Below, one piece after another: positions 49,793 through 59,031 of a stretch of DNA of 64,000 bases (the first letter of the stretch is position 1; each line of letters begins with the position of its first letter). Under the pieces are notes generated by a model. The model was not told where the DNA came from. It saw only the letters and a list, made by a program, of their open reading frames with translations, and ran no database searches. Both the position numbers and the translations under genes were made by a program. Source of the DNA: Candidatus Dojkabacteria bacterium. GTDB lineage: Bacteria > Patescibacteriota > Dojkabacteria > SC72. The stretch is taken from the NCBI GenBank assembly GCA_035271645.1, contig DATERJ010000012.1, positions 93,551-157,550 on the forward strand, in the 5' to 3' direction.

Positions 49793-49851
49793 GAGCACCT
49801 CCGGTATAATCACTCAAATGAGTAGATATTGTTTTACCATCAACGGTGCTC
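49793..49851 (-). terminator. Long irregular hairpin + U tract
   Basis: GAGCACC...GGTGCTC with adjacent A run on + strand. Confidence 0.55.
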
Positions 49852-49866
49852 GTCTTGCATTAATAG

Positions 49867-50247
49867 TTATTCTGGTGCAATGGTTGCATCCACTTCCTCG
49901 TTTAGTATTTGTACTAATTCGGTTATGGGGTCTATGTGTAGATGAGAGCCAACTGGAAGTGGTTTAACTTCATGGGTTTCACCATACTTCTGAACAATTG
50001 CATTTAGCCAAGTTTCAAAGTTCTCCTTGGTTACTCCCTCTGCTGAAATATCTGCCAACCAAGGCATTTGTTCCAAAAGAAATGGTTGGCACTCTTTAGA
50101 TGCTCTTGGTAATTGGTGGGTAAATAGGTTGTCATTTGTCATAAAGTTGAGTATTGCATAAACACCCTCCATATGACTAGGGGCCAGTAGATATCCAGTG
50201 GTGACTGACAAAATATCCCCAATGTGAAAAGCTTTAGATTTAGACAT
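49867..50247 (-). CDS. Hypothetical protein, phage-type
   Basis: Strong SD AAGGAG; resembles small phage ORFs from memory (FHIGDILSVTTG..FTHQLPR). Confidence 0.7.
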   Translation of the reverse strand: MSKSKAFHIGDILSVTTGYLLAPSHMEGVYAILNFMTNDNLFTHQLPRASKECQPFLLEQMPWLADISAEGVTKENFETWLNAIVQKYGETHEVKPLPVGSHLHIDPITELVQILNEEVDATIAPE

Positions 50248-50284
50248 ATTTTTATTCTCCTTGTTTCTTTGTTGTTTTTAACAT

Positions 50285-50429
50285 ATCCGAATGGATAGCT
50301 TATTAACTATTAGATTAGTAATAAGTAATAGGCTACCCACTCAAGATTAAAAAAGAGAGAACCCCAATAAACTATTAAAGTGCAAGTATTTATATTATAT
50401 CATAAAATGAAGAGAAATGCTATGGGTTG
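50285..50429 (-). promoter_or_regulatory. Expression module: CCCATAG-20-TATAAT, boxA-like, leader hairpin
   Basis: motif 50420-50429, -10 50394-50399, TGCACTTTAATA 50373-50384, hairpin 50289-50342. Confidence 0.7.
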
Positions 50430-50433
50430 TGAG

Positions 50434-50586
50434 TTGGTTGACATAATTATGAACTTAGAACTGTAAGAGATTTTTTATCTTGAAAATGTGCTTAAGGAAA
50501 GAATGTTGTTTTATAAAGAAGAAAAGCCTGAAGGTTTATGAGATAGATGGATAGTATACACTACACGGGAATCCCTACTTCAGGCT
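50434..50586. repeat. ~154-bp direct repeat copy 1 (AT-rich spacer + AGCCTGAAG/CTTCAGGCT hairpin)
   Basis: Near-identical to 51427-51580. Confidence 0.95.
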
Positions 50587-50603
50587 ATTCTTGCACTTAT
50601 TTA

Positions 50604-51215
50604 TTAATCAAATGTGGAAGTTACCTCCAAGACATACTTTTTGTCAGCATTTTTTACGATTGCTGCTGTAGTTAGTGCTCCCCCTCCTATTGCAAGGATA
50701 ACTAATAAGATTATTAGGAATCCTGCAGCAGAGTCCTTACTACTACGTCTTTTATTACTTTTACTACCCCCTAAGAAGAAATCTGTAACACTTTGAAATG
50801 CTCCAGGTGTATGTTTAGCTGCAGACCATATATTTCGTGCCTGAGCGTAAGTATTCCAGCCAGCTACAGCAATATCTCCAAATTGTCTTTTTTTCCAAGC
50901 ATTAATAATAGAGTGAACCCAAATCACAGTTCCACTTGTAAGTAATGCAGGGATTAAAATGAGATATCCTAGGTTGAACATCACCGAGGCTTGATCGGGA
51001 GTTAAATATTCTAATGCTGTAGCACCAATTGTCAGAATAGTCAGATATACCCAAGTAAATCCAACTGCTGACATAACAACACTGGCCCAAACAAGAACTC
51101 TTGGCCAGCCTTTGATAATCTTTACTTCGGTCCAAAATCGACCAGCACTCCAAGCATTCCACCACGAAATGCCGAAGTTCAACAACAGACATAACAACAA
51201 AATTAATGGGTTCAT
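50604..51215 (-). CDS. Hypothetical 4-TM membrane protein
   Basis: Hydrophobic segments; strong SD AAAGGAG. Confidence 0.75.
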   Translation of the reverse strand: MNPLILLLCLLLNFGISWWNAWSAGRFWTEVKIIKGWPRVLVWASVVMSAVGFTWVYLTILTIGATALEYLTPDQASVMFNLGYLILIPALLTSGTVIWVHSIINAWKKRQFGDIAVAGWNTYAQARNIWSAAKHTPGAFQSVTDFFLGGSKSNKRRSSKDSAAGFLIILLVILAIGGGALTTAAIVKNADKKYVLEVTSTFD

Positions 51216-51262
51216 TATTTATTCTTCTCCTTTACATGGTAATTTACTGCAATTTGCAGGCA

Positions 51263-51418
51263 ATCCGAATGGATAGCTTCTGAGGTATTAGGAGATTACT
51301 TAATACCGTAGAAGCTACCCACTCTTTTTGAGAGTAAAATGAGAAGTAACCTTCCATCGATTGTTAAAGTGCAAGTGGTTACATTATATCATAAAACGAG
51401 AAACAACACTATAGGTTG
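51263..51418 (-). promoter_or_regulatory. Expression module: CCTATAG-20-TATAAT, boxA-like, leader hairpin
   Basis: motif 51409-51418, -10 51383-51388, TGCACTTTAACAA 51361-51373, hairpin 51267-51324. Confidence 0.7.
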
Positions 51419-51426
51419 TAGGTCAA

Positions 51427-51580
51427 TTGGTTGACATAATTATGAACTTGGAACGGTCAGAGATTTTTTTATCTTGAAAATGTGCTTAAGGAAAGAATGT
51501 TGTTTTATAAAGAAGAAAAGCCTGAAGGTTTATGAGATAGATGGGTAGTATACACTACACGGGAATCCCTACTTCAGGCT
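51427..51580. repeat. ~154-bp direct repeat copy 2
   Basis: Differs from copy 1 by about 4 substitutions and T-run length. Confidence 0.95.
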
Positions 51581-51601
51581 CTGTCTTTAACAAACTGATA
51601 T

Positions 51602-52003
51602 TTACTCTTTCCTGTGGCTAATATGGCCATAGATACGATATGGATAACCATTTCCGCGGTTGACACCAGCAATTATATGAACCAATTGAAGAGCAGGATT
51701 GTTATAATACCTTCTCAAATAATCTTCATATAATGCAGGGGTTCCTTCTGGGAAATTCTTACTTGCTTCCTGAAAAGACTCTTGAGATTTCTTGTAATCC
51801 CATTCATACAGTTGGTCAGAATAAACGTAATTGACACCAACCACAATATCGCTCCCGAATGAGGAAATCAATTCATTGCCAGGGGCTAGAAAGATGGTTT
51901 GCTCGTTGTTGTGAAAGCGACCGTCTGAGTAATGGGGATTCAAGAGATTCCAAGTTATAGGCGTGTTTTTATCTGTTTCAACATGAATAATTTGTCGAGT
52001 CAT
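51602..52003 (-). CDS. Hypothetical protein
   Basis: ATG 52003 after AAAGGA; own CCCATAG-20-TATAAT promoter (52071-52106). Confidence 0.7.
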   Translation of the reverse strand: MTRQIIHVETDKNTPITWNLLNPHYSDGRFHNNEQTIFLAPGNELISSFGSDIVVGVNYVYSDQLYEWDYKKSQESFQEASKNFPEGTPALYEDYLRRYYNNPALQLVHIIAGVNRGNGYPYRIYGHISHRKE

Positions 52004-52106
52004 TTTCTTTTCCTTTCTAGTTGAGAACAAACGGATCGAGTAAACTTTTTAGTTGTTAAATAACTCTATAATTATATCAAAGAACAGGGGAAATTGCTAT
52101 GGGTTG

Positions 52107-52184
52107 TGGGGTGGAAGATGGGACTTGAACCCACAACCTCTGGTGCCACAAACCAGCGCTCTAACCAGTTGAGCTACATCCACC
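52107..52184 (-). tRNA. tRNA-His(GTG), G-1 and CCA encoded
   Basis: CTGGT-ttgtggc-ACCAG anticodon arm, GGTTCAAGTCC. Confidence 0.95.
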
Positions 52185-52310
52185 ATATTCGTATATATTA
52201 TTATACTACATAATCTGTCCCTTAGCTATTGGTACTTGTGATTTTATCTCTTGAGTGTTATGATTATCTGCTATTTGATTTCCAAATATTTTAATTAGCT
52301 ATTTAATACA

Positions 52311-52772
52311 ATGAAAGACAACAAACTAATCATCTCTAAAGATATGTTTGCTAAACTTAAAGAAGAACTCAGGAAGCTCCTAGAGACTAGGAAGGAACTA
52401 AACAAAAACTTGGAACATGCTAGACAGAGTGATGTTAGCGAAGATACTGATTCCATTGCTGCTGTTACAGATGAGATAAGTAAGATTAATATGAAGGTTG
52501 AGGATATTGAGGAAACTCTCGAGCACGCAACTGTTATGGAGAAGAAAGGAAAAAAGACATGTGTTGATATAGGGTCTGTTGTAAAAGTAAAAACTAATGG
52601 TAAGACTCAGGAGTTTACAGTAGTTTCTGATGTAGAAGCTAATCCCTTAGAAAGAAAGATTTCAGATAAATCTCCATTAGGTAAACAATTGATGAATGGT
52701 AAAAAGGGGAAGAAAGTTGTAGTTAAAACAGAAGATGGAGATGTTGAATATGAGATAGTCGAGGTTTCTTAG
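52311..52772 (+). CDS. greA: Transcription elongation factor GreA family
   Basis: SDVSED (D.SEN-like), EANP...ISDKSPLG. Confidence 0.85.
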   Translation: MKDNKLIISKDMFAKLKEELRKLLETRKELNKNLEHARQSDVSEDTDSIAAVTDEISKINMKVEDIEETLEHATVMEKKGKKTCVDIGSVVKVKTNGKTQEFTVVSDVEANPLERKISDKSPLGKQLMNGKKGKKVVVKTEDGDVEYEIVEVS

Positions 52773-54064
52773 GCTATATATTCATCTAAATCCTCAATCT
52801 TTACTCTTTCCTGTTTCATTGTATCTCTATCTCTTACAGTAACAGTATTGTTTTCTAATGTCTCATAATCAATTGTGATACAGTAAGGTGTCCCAATTTC
52901 ATCTTGATATCTGTATCTCTTACCAATATTTCCTCTACCATCCCATACAACTTTGTAAGAATCAGAGAGCAAGTCAAAGACCTCTCTTGCTTTCTTAACA
53001 ATATCTTCCTTGTTTCCAACAAGTGGAAATATTGCAGCTCTGTATGCAGCAATATCTTTGTGTATCTTTAATACTGTCCTAATATTTCCTCCACCCAAAT
53101 CTTCTTCTTCGTATGCATCAAGGAGAAGGTAGAGGAATGTTCTAGTAACACCACCAGATGTTTCTACAATGTTTGGAATATATTTTTCATTTGTAATTGG
53201 GTCTGTATATGTTAAATCTGTTCCTGAGAACTTCATATGTTGTGTTAAATCATAGTCACCTCTCCAATGTATACCTTCATTCTCAGCCCATCCCCAAGGA
53301 GTTAAATATTCAATATCGTATGCATCTTTAGCATAGAAGACTAACTTGTCTTTTGGATGCTGATAGAATCTAAGATTGTCATGTTTTCTGTAAAGTTCTT
53401 TGTAGAACTTCATTCTTTCTTCTTTCCAATATTCAAAATATTTCCCCATATCATTAGGATGCACAAAGAATTGTAAATCCCACTGTTCAAACTCTCTCAC
53501 TCTAAAGGTAAATCTTCCAGGAGTAATCTCATTTCTAAATGCTTTACCTATCTGTGCAATACCAAAAGGAATCTGTTGCCTTGTACTATCTACAACATTC
53601 TTAAAGTTTAGATATATATTTTGGCATGCTTCACCTCTTAGATATGCTTTTACTTTAGAACCTTCAATTACACCAACTTCTGTTGCAAAGAGAAGATTAT
53701 ATGACCTGGGTTCTGTAAAATCTTTCTTACCACAGTTTGGACACTTCTCTTCAATATCTTCAGGTCTAAATCTCTGATGACAACCCTTACATTCAACTAC
53801 CTCATCACCAAAATTTTCTACATGACCTGATGCTTCCCAAACCTTAGGATGTGTAATGATTGTTCCATCAATTCCAACAACATTCTCCCTTTTATCAACC
53901 ATATTCTTCCACCAGTACCTCTTAAGGTTGTTCAACATCTCAACACCTACAGGACCGTAGTCATAGAAGCCCCCTATACCTCCATATATCTCTGAATTTG
54001 GGTATATTATCCCTCTTCTCTTACAAAGGGCAACTATATTATCAAGTGTATTTTTATCTTCCAT
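52769..54064 (-). CDS. glyQS: Glycine--tRNA ligase (alpha2 type)
   Basis: YDYGP.G, YLRGEACQ, GKAFRNEITP, REFEQ, GNIGKRY..QDEIGTP. Confidence 0.95.
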   Translation of the reverse strand: MEDKNTLDNIVALCKRRGIIYPNSEIYGGIGGFYDYGPVGVEMLNNLKRYWWKNMVDKRENVVGIDGTIITHPKVWEASGHVENFGDEVVECKGCHQRFRPEDIEEKCPNCGKKDFTEPRSYNLLFATEVGVIEGSKVKAYLRGEACQNIYLNFKNVVDSTRQQIPFGIAQIGKAFRNEITPGRFTFRVREFEQWDLQFFVHPNDMGKYFEYWKEERMKFYKELYRKHDNLRFYQHPKDKLVFYAKDAYDIEYLTPWGWAENEGIHWRGDYDLTQHMKFSGTDLTYTDPITNEKYIPNIVETSGGVTRTFLYLLLDAYEEEDLGGGNIRTVLKIHKDIAAYRAAIFPLVGNKEDIVKKAREVFDLLSDSYKVVWDGRGNIGKRYRYQDEIGTPYCITIDYETLENNTVTVRDRDTMKQERVKIEDLDEYIA

Positions 54065-54159
54065 GGATTTATTATATATCAAATATTTAAGTAAACCAAT
54101 ATTTTTAATTAAAAACTATACATCATTGCTTCTTTCTTCATATTCCAATATATTAATAT

Positions 54160-55110
54160 ATGTCTTCATTAAAGAAACCTAAGGAAACAGTATCCATATC
54201 TCTAGGAGCAGTATTAGGTATTGTGGTAAGTATTCTCTTAGTTCCCCTCTCCCTTTACCTTGTTCATAGGGAAGAACAGAGGTATGTAAAGCAGGTGGAA
54301 GGTCCTGATGTCAAAGGAGTTGAAATAGATAGTACAGAAAGTATCCCTGCTTCCGAAGTAATAGAAGGGATTAATCTTCTAGGCAAAACAGAAGAATACT
54401 TTGTAAGAATGAGTTTTGAGGGAGTGTACAAAACAATATCACATGAGGATTTCTCTACATTCATTACAGATACAGATTTAGATAGGGAGAAGTTTGATGA
54501 TTATGTAAATGAGAAAATAGCCCCATATTTTGATACAATCTTTGGAGAGAAGGAGCTAGTGAAGAACAGTAAAGGACAATTCTATACTCGTAAGGGCGAC
54601 ATTGCTCCTGACTTTTCAACTCTTTATGACAAAGTAAATAGTGCTTATCTTAATGGTGAAAAGGATATACGTGTTCAGATAGATGGTGGACAGATGCCAG
54701 GAACAGATGGTAGGTATGCAGGGAAATATATGGAGGTAGATAATTCTCAACAGAAGCTTTATGTCTGGAAAGATGGAGTTGTTGAGAAGGTAATTGGTTT
54801 GTCAGGTCCAGTATATGGTTTTCAGGTGTATGGTGTTTTTCCCATTGTTGACAAAGGGAGAGAACCGATAGCACCAGGAGGAAAATATATGCCATATTGG
54901 ATGGCTTTCCATTATAGTCGCAAGCAGGACTCTTGGTATGGATTACACGGATTAATCTGGATGTACAAAGAAGATGGAAGTAAATGGTTTGAACCTGAGA
55001 GCAACATATATACTCGACAGAGTGCAGGATGTATTAGAATGGTTGTAAAAGATGCTAAGTATCTCTATGAGAATTTTCAGAAAGGAGACCTTCTGCTAAT
55101 ACATGAGTAG
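54160..55110 (+). CDS. L,D-transpeptidase (YkuD domain), membrane-anchored
   Basis: MPYWM, GLHG, SAGCIR. Confidence 0.85.
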   Translation: MSSLKKPKETVSISLGAVLGIVVSILLVPLSLYLVHREEQRYVKQVEGPDVKGVEIDSTESIPASEVIEGINLLGKTEEYFVRMSFEGVYKTISHEDFSTFITDTDLDREKFDDYVNEKIAPYFDTIFGEKELVKNSKGQFYTRKGDIAPDFSTLYDKVNSAYLNGEKDIRVQIDGGQMPGTDGRYAGKYMEVDNSQQKLYVWKDGVVEKVIGLSGPVYGFQVYGVFPIVDKGREPIAPGGKYMPYWMAFHYSRKQDSWYGLHGLIWMYKEDGSKWFEPESNIYTRQSAGCIRMVVKDAKYLYENFQKGDLLLIHE

Positions 55111-55123
55111 TTTTTACTTCCCC

Positions 55124-56908
55124 CTATTTAACTGTAACAGATTTTGCTAAGTTCCTAGGTTTATCTATATTATTCCCTAATACAAGCGAGAGATAGTATG
55201 AGATCAATTGAAAAGGTATTACATTAGCAATACTTGAGATATTCTCTATCTGTGGAACAACAATATATCTATCAAACACCTCATTCTTCTGGAAATCTTT
55301 TGAACCTACCCCTATGGTAAGAGCTCCCCTACTTTTAACCTGTTCCATTGCACTAATTAGGTCACTACTTTCATTATGTTTTTTCTCTGGCATTATTCCA
55401 AACACTACTGTCCCCTTCTCTATCAGCGCTATGACACCGTGCTTTAACTCACCAGCAGCGAAGCCTTCTACATGTTTGTAAGATATCTCTTTAATCTTTA
55501 GAGCACCTTCTAGGGCAATACAGGAGTTCTCACCTTTACCTAAGATAAAGGCATGGTCTTTCTTTTTCATTAAGTTACCAACAGATTTAGTTTGTGCAAG
55601 AGCTTCTTTTGTGAATAGTTTACTTAACTGTCTTGTAAGCTTTTTGATATTCATTTGAGCTTCTTTGTATTGCTTAACTAAGACCATTGCAAGTAAGTAT
55701 CCCCATGCACATTGAGCAGTAAAGACCTTTGTCGAAGCAACACATATCTCTGGACCCGAGTTAGTGTAGTATTCATAGTCTGACATTCGACTAATTGTTG
55801 TACCAAACATATTAACAATACTGGCTACTTTACATCCTTTCTTCTTCAAGGCATCTATGGCTTCAATTGTATCAGCTGTTTCCCCACTTTGAGAGAATGC
55901 AATTACAACATCTCTCTTCTTAATTATCGGTAAGTATGAATTATATTCATAGCTCTTTATCTCTTGAGCATCTATCTTTGCAATATTTCTTAAGAAATAT
56001 GCAACTTGTCCTGCAGCAAAACCAGCTGTTCCTGCTCCTACTGTATATACCCTTTTAGCTTTCTTAATTGCTTGTGTAAGGGGTTTTAAGTCCTTCTCAG
56101 TATATTCTGTTGCTAAAGGTATTGTTTTCTTTTGATCTACAATTTCTTTGATCATAAAATGCTTGAATTTACCTTTGTCTATTTCACTAAATTGGTGCTT
56201 TAATTCTTTTACCACTATATTCTTCTTCCCTTTTTTCATTAAGTTTTTAATCTTAATATCTGTTCCGTCTATCTCAACCATATCGTAGTCATCTAAGAGA
56301 ATAACCTTGTTTGTTGCTGTTGAGAAAGAGAGGGTGTCAGATGCTAAATATGTACCATCTTCAGCTACACCTAATACTAAAGGTGAACCATTCCTAACTG
56401 CATATATCTTTCCACTCTTACTATCTAAAACAGCAATGGTATTTCTTCCTTCTAGTCTCTTAAAAACAGTTACAATTGCATCTTTTAATGTTTTTTTCTT
56501 AACTAATTCTTGTTCAATTAGTTTTACTATTACCTCTGTATCTGTTTGGGATACAAACTTTTCTTTCTTTTTTAGTAATTCTTTTTTTAATGAATCAAAA
56601 TTCTCAACAATACCATTCTGAACAAGTGTAAATTCATTGTGAGATGAGAGATGAGGATGAGCATTTTTTACAGTAACACCACCATGTGTAGCCCATCTAG
56701 TGTGACCTATACCTACAATTCCATCTTGAAGTTTTGTTAACTTATCATCTTTTTTAATCTCTCCGATATTCTTGTATTGATATATCTTGTTTTCATTAAG
56801 TATTGCTATCCCCCACGAATCATATCCTCTATATTCCAACCTCTTTAATCCATTAAATATCGCTTCTTTAGTTTTCTTCTCTCCTGAATATCCAAAAATA
56901 CCGCACAT
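55124..56908 (-). CDS. glmS: Glutamine--fructose-6-phosphate aminotransferase
   Basis: MCGIFG, LEYRGYDS, GHTRWATHG, SQSGET, PRNLAKSVTV. Confidence 0.97.
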   Translation of the reverse strand: MCGIFGYSGEKKTKEAIFNGLKRLEYRGYDSWGIAILNENKIYQYKNIGEIKKDDKLTKLQDGIVGIGHTRWATHGGVTVKNAHPHLSSHNEFTLVQNGIVENFDSLKKELLKKKEKFVSQTDTEVIVKLIEQELVKKKTLKDAIVTVFKRLEGRNTIAVLDSKSGKIYAVRNGSPLVLGVAEDGTYLASDTLSFSTATNKVILLDDYDMVEIDGTDIKIKNLMKKGKKNIVVKELKHQFSEIDKGKFKHFMIKEIVDQKKTIPLATEYTEKDLKPLTQAIKKAKRVYTVGAGTAGFAAGQVAYFLRNIAKIDAQEIKSYEYNSYLPIIKKRDVVIAFSQSGETADTIEAIDALKKKGCKVASIVNMFGTTISRMSDYEYYTNSGPEICVASTKVFTAQCAWGYLLAMVLVKQYKEAQMNIKKLTRQLSKLFTKEALAQTKSVGNLMKKKDHAFILGKGENSCIALEGALKIKEISYKHVEGFAAGELKHGVIALIEKGTVVFGIMPEKKHNESSDLISAMEQVKSRGALTIGVGSKDFQKNEVFDRYIVVPQIENISSIANVIPFQLISYYLSLVLGNNIDKPRNLAKSVTVK

Positions 56909-56945
56909 ATTTGTGTAGCTTTAATTTATCTAAAAGGGAATTGTT

Positions 56946-57064
56946 GATTACCTCTTTGTTGAATTGTAGGTAATCTTTAGGTCAACAATATGACCTGAGA
57001 GTATCCGCTGATTATCCGACTGCTCTCTCCTCGTAGTAGTTCCTAGCTACCCATACGCTATTTA
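56946..57064 (-). ncRNA. glmS ribozyme (compact variant)
   Basis: AGCG cleavage site, P1 GGTAG/CTACT, ACGAGG, P2 GAGAG/CTCTC, GCGGAT, P3 AGGTCA/TGACCT, P4 GATTACCT/AGGTAATC with AACAAAG; directly 5' of glmS. Confidence 0.85.
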
Positions 57065-57163
57065 TGTTAAATATCCCTTGGGTATATATTACAGGATTAA
57101 AGTTTTAGGTCAAGTTTGCTATATATCCTTTGTCATATTAATATCAATATTGTATATTTAAAT

Positions 57164-58012
57164 ATGGAATTTAAGAAAGGTCAAAAATATATCTGTCTTC
57201 TTGCACCATCTTTCATTACAGAATATGAATACCCTAACATTATTTACAGATTAAGAAAGCTTGGGTTTGATAAGGTGATGGAAGTTACTTTTGGTGCAAA
57301 AATGACTAATATTACATACTACTCCCTTCTCAAAGAGAGTTTAGAGAAAGGAGAAAAGAAAACATGGATAGCTAGTCCTTGTCCTACAATTGTTAACTTC
57401 ATTAGAGTAAAGTATCCGCATTTAGTTGAGAATCTTGTTTCTGCACACTCTCCGATGGGTTGTATGGGATTGTATGTAAAAAAGAAGTATCCTAAACGCA
57501 AGGTTGTTTTCATAGGTCCATGTATGACTAAGAAGCTTGAAGCAGGAGAAACAGGTGTGGTTGATGATGTTCTAACTTTCAAGGAGCTTGAGGAACTTTT
57601 TAAGAAGTACAATATTGAAGAGGAGGTTAAAGAGAACAAGTACTGTATTGGGTTTGATAAGTTGTACAATGACTATACTAAGATATATCCAGTCTCAGGA
57701 GGACTCTCAGATACATTGCATGGTGGTTTGCTTAAGGACAAGGACATTTTGATAATGGAAGGTCTTAACAATCTAATGCCTGTTTTTGATGCTTTTAAGG
57801 ATGGTGTTTACAAACATTACAAGTTTTTAGATATTCTTAATTGTGATGGTGGTTGTATTAATGGTCCAGGTATGATTAGTGAGAAGAATATTAAAGAGAG
57901 AAGGAAGAAGGTCTTTAAGTACAGGGATTATGCAAGAAGATATGAGAAGGATTTGGGAAGGACAGGTCTTAAAGCTCATGCTAAGGGTATTAATTTCAAA
58001 AGGGAGTTCTAA
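57164..58012 (+). CDS. Stand-alone [FeFe]-hydrogenase H-domain-like Fe-S protein
   Basis: LLAPSF, ASPCP, SPM, FIGPCMTKKLE, NCDGGCINGPG. Confidence 0.8.
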   Translation: MEFKKGQKYICLLAPSFITEYEYPNIIYRLRKLGFDKVMEVTFGAKMTNITYYSLLKESLEKGEKKTWIASPCPTIVNFIRVKYPHLVENLVSAHSPMGCMGLYVKKKYPKRKVVFIGPCMTKKLEAGETGVVDDVLTFKELEELFKKYNIEEEVKENKYCIGFDKLYNDYTKIYPVSGGLSDTLHGGLLKDKDILIMEGLNNLMPVFDAFKDGVYKHYKFLDILNCDGGCINGPGMISEKNIKERRKKVFKYRDYARRYEKDLGRTGLKAHAKGINFKREF

Positions 58013-58013
58013 G

Positions 58014-58451
58014 ATGAATGAGTTTATGCAATTAGCTATATACAAAGCCCGAGAAGGTATGCAGAGGGGTCACGGAGGTCCTTTTGGTGCTGTTATTGTA
58101 AAAGATGGTCAAGTTATTGCCTCTGCACATAATGAGGTTTTGAAAGAGGATGATCCTACTTCTCATGCAGAGATTCAAGCAATTAGAGAAGCAAGTGAGA
58201 AATTAGATACACATGACCTTTCAGGTTGTGAGTTATATACAACAGGTAAGCCTTGTCCTATGTGTAAGAGTGCTATACAGTGGGCAAAGATAGAGAAGGT
58301 GTATTACGGTTGTGATTATGAAGATGCTAAGAGAATAGGTTTTGATGAAGTAAGTGGTAATAGTGAGAGCTATACAGAAGAACAGATTGATCATAAAGAG
58401 TGTCAAGAACTTTATGATGAATATCTATCTTCAGATAGAGAAACCTATTAG
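58014..58451 (+). CDS. Guanine/nucleoside deaminase (CDA family)
   Basis: GGPFGAVIV, HAE, PCPMC; true start ATG 58014. Confidence 0.9.
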   Translation: MNEFMQLAIYKAREGMQRGHGGPFGAVIVKDGQVIASAHNEVLKEDDPTSHAEIQAIREASEKLDTHDLSGCELYTTGKPCPMCKSAIQWAKIEKVYYGCDYEDAKRIGFDEVSGNSESYTEEQIDHKECQELYDEYLSSDRETY

Positions 58452-58474
58452 CCTTTATATTTCCTATAAGAAAA

Positions 58475-58534
58475 AGCCTGAGATTGTTGAGGTTAGTGAT
58501 GGTCTTAACCAATCATTGTAACCTCTCTCAGGCT
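58475..58534 (-). terminator. Long irregular hairpin AGCCTGAGA/TCTCAGGCT + U tract
   Basis: Base of stem matches hairpins at 50525-50586 and 51519-51580. Confidence 0.6.
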
Positions 58535-58552
58535 ATCATACTTTAATATAAT

Positions 58553-59017
58553 CTATTGGTTCGGTTTTAATTCAACAAGTTTACACTCATTGAAATGGTA
58601 AATATCATAACAACCAAGACGGGTTGGCCCACTTTCGTATTCACATATTTGTTGTAAATCTCTGGTACATACGAAAGAGGCTATCTCACCAGCTTTTAAT
58701 GCCATAACCCTTAAGTCGTTGGCTGTAATAATATTGATATCTCCTTTTGATACAAAATCAACAGGAGGGTTTACCTCTAAGACTTCACCGCGTATGATTT
58801 GGTTATTGTCTTGAAAGAAATCCCCTATTGTTCCATGCCTCATAGAACCAATTAGTTCTGTTGGGTAGTTTTCTGGTTCTTCTGTGAGTTTCATGGTAAC
58901 GAGATGAAGTTTTGTATCACGAACTTGGTTTGCTTGGGTGGTTTGCGGTACTGGACCACAACCACTAAGAGCAATCAGTAAAGATAGGGCAAGAATAAGA
59001 GATATTCTTTTAAACAT
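58553..59017 (-). CDS. Hypothetical lipoprotein
   Basis: MFKRIS...LSGC lipobox; SD AAGGAG before ATG 59017. Confidence 0.7.
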   Translation of the reverse strand: MFKRISLILALSLLIALSGCGPVPQTTQANQVRDTKLHLVTMKLTEEPENYPTELIGSMRHGTIGDFFQDNNQIIRGEVLEVNPPVDFVSKGDINIITANDLRVMALKAGEIASFVCTRDLQQICEYESGPTRLGCYDIYHFNECKLVELKPNQ

Positions 59018-59031
59018 TTTGATACTCCTTT

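Noticed and set aside
50434-51580. Canonical integron attC sites
   Set aside because: No RYYYAAC/GTTRRRY ends, cassettes carry their own promoters, and no intI in window; kept as a non-canonical array finding
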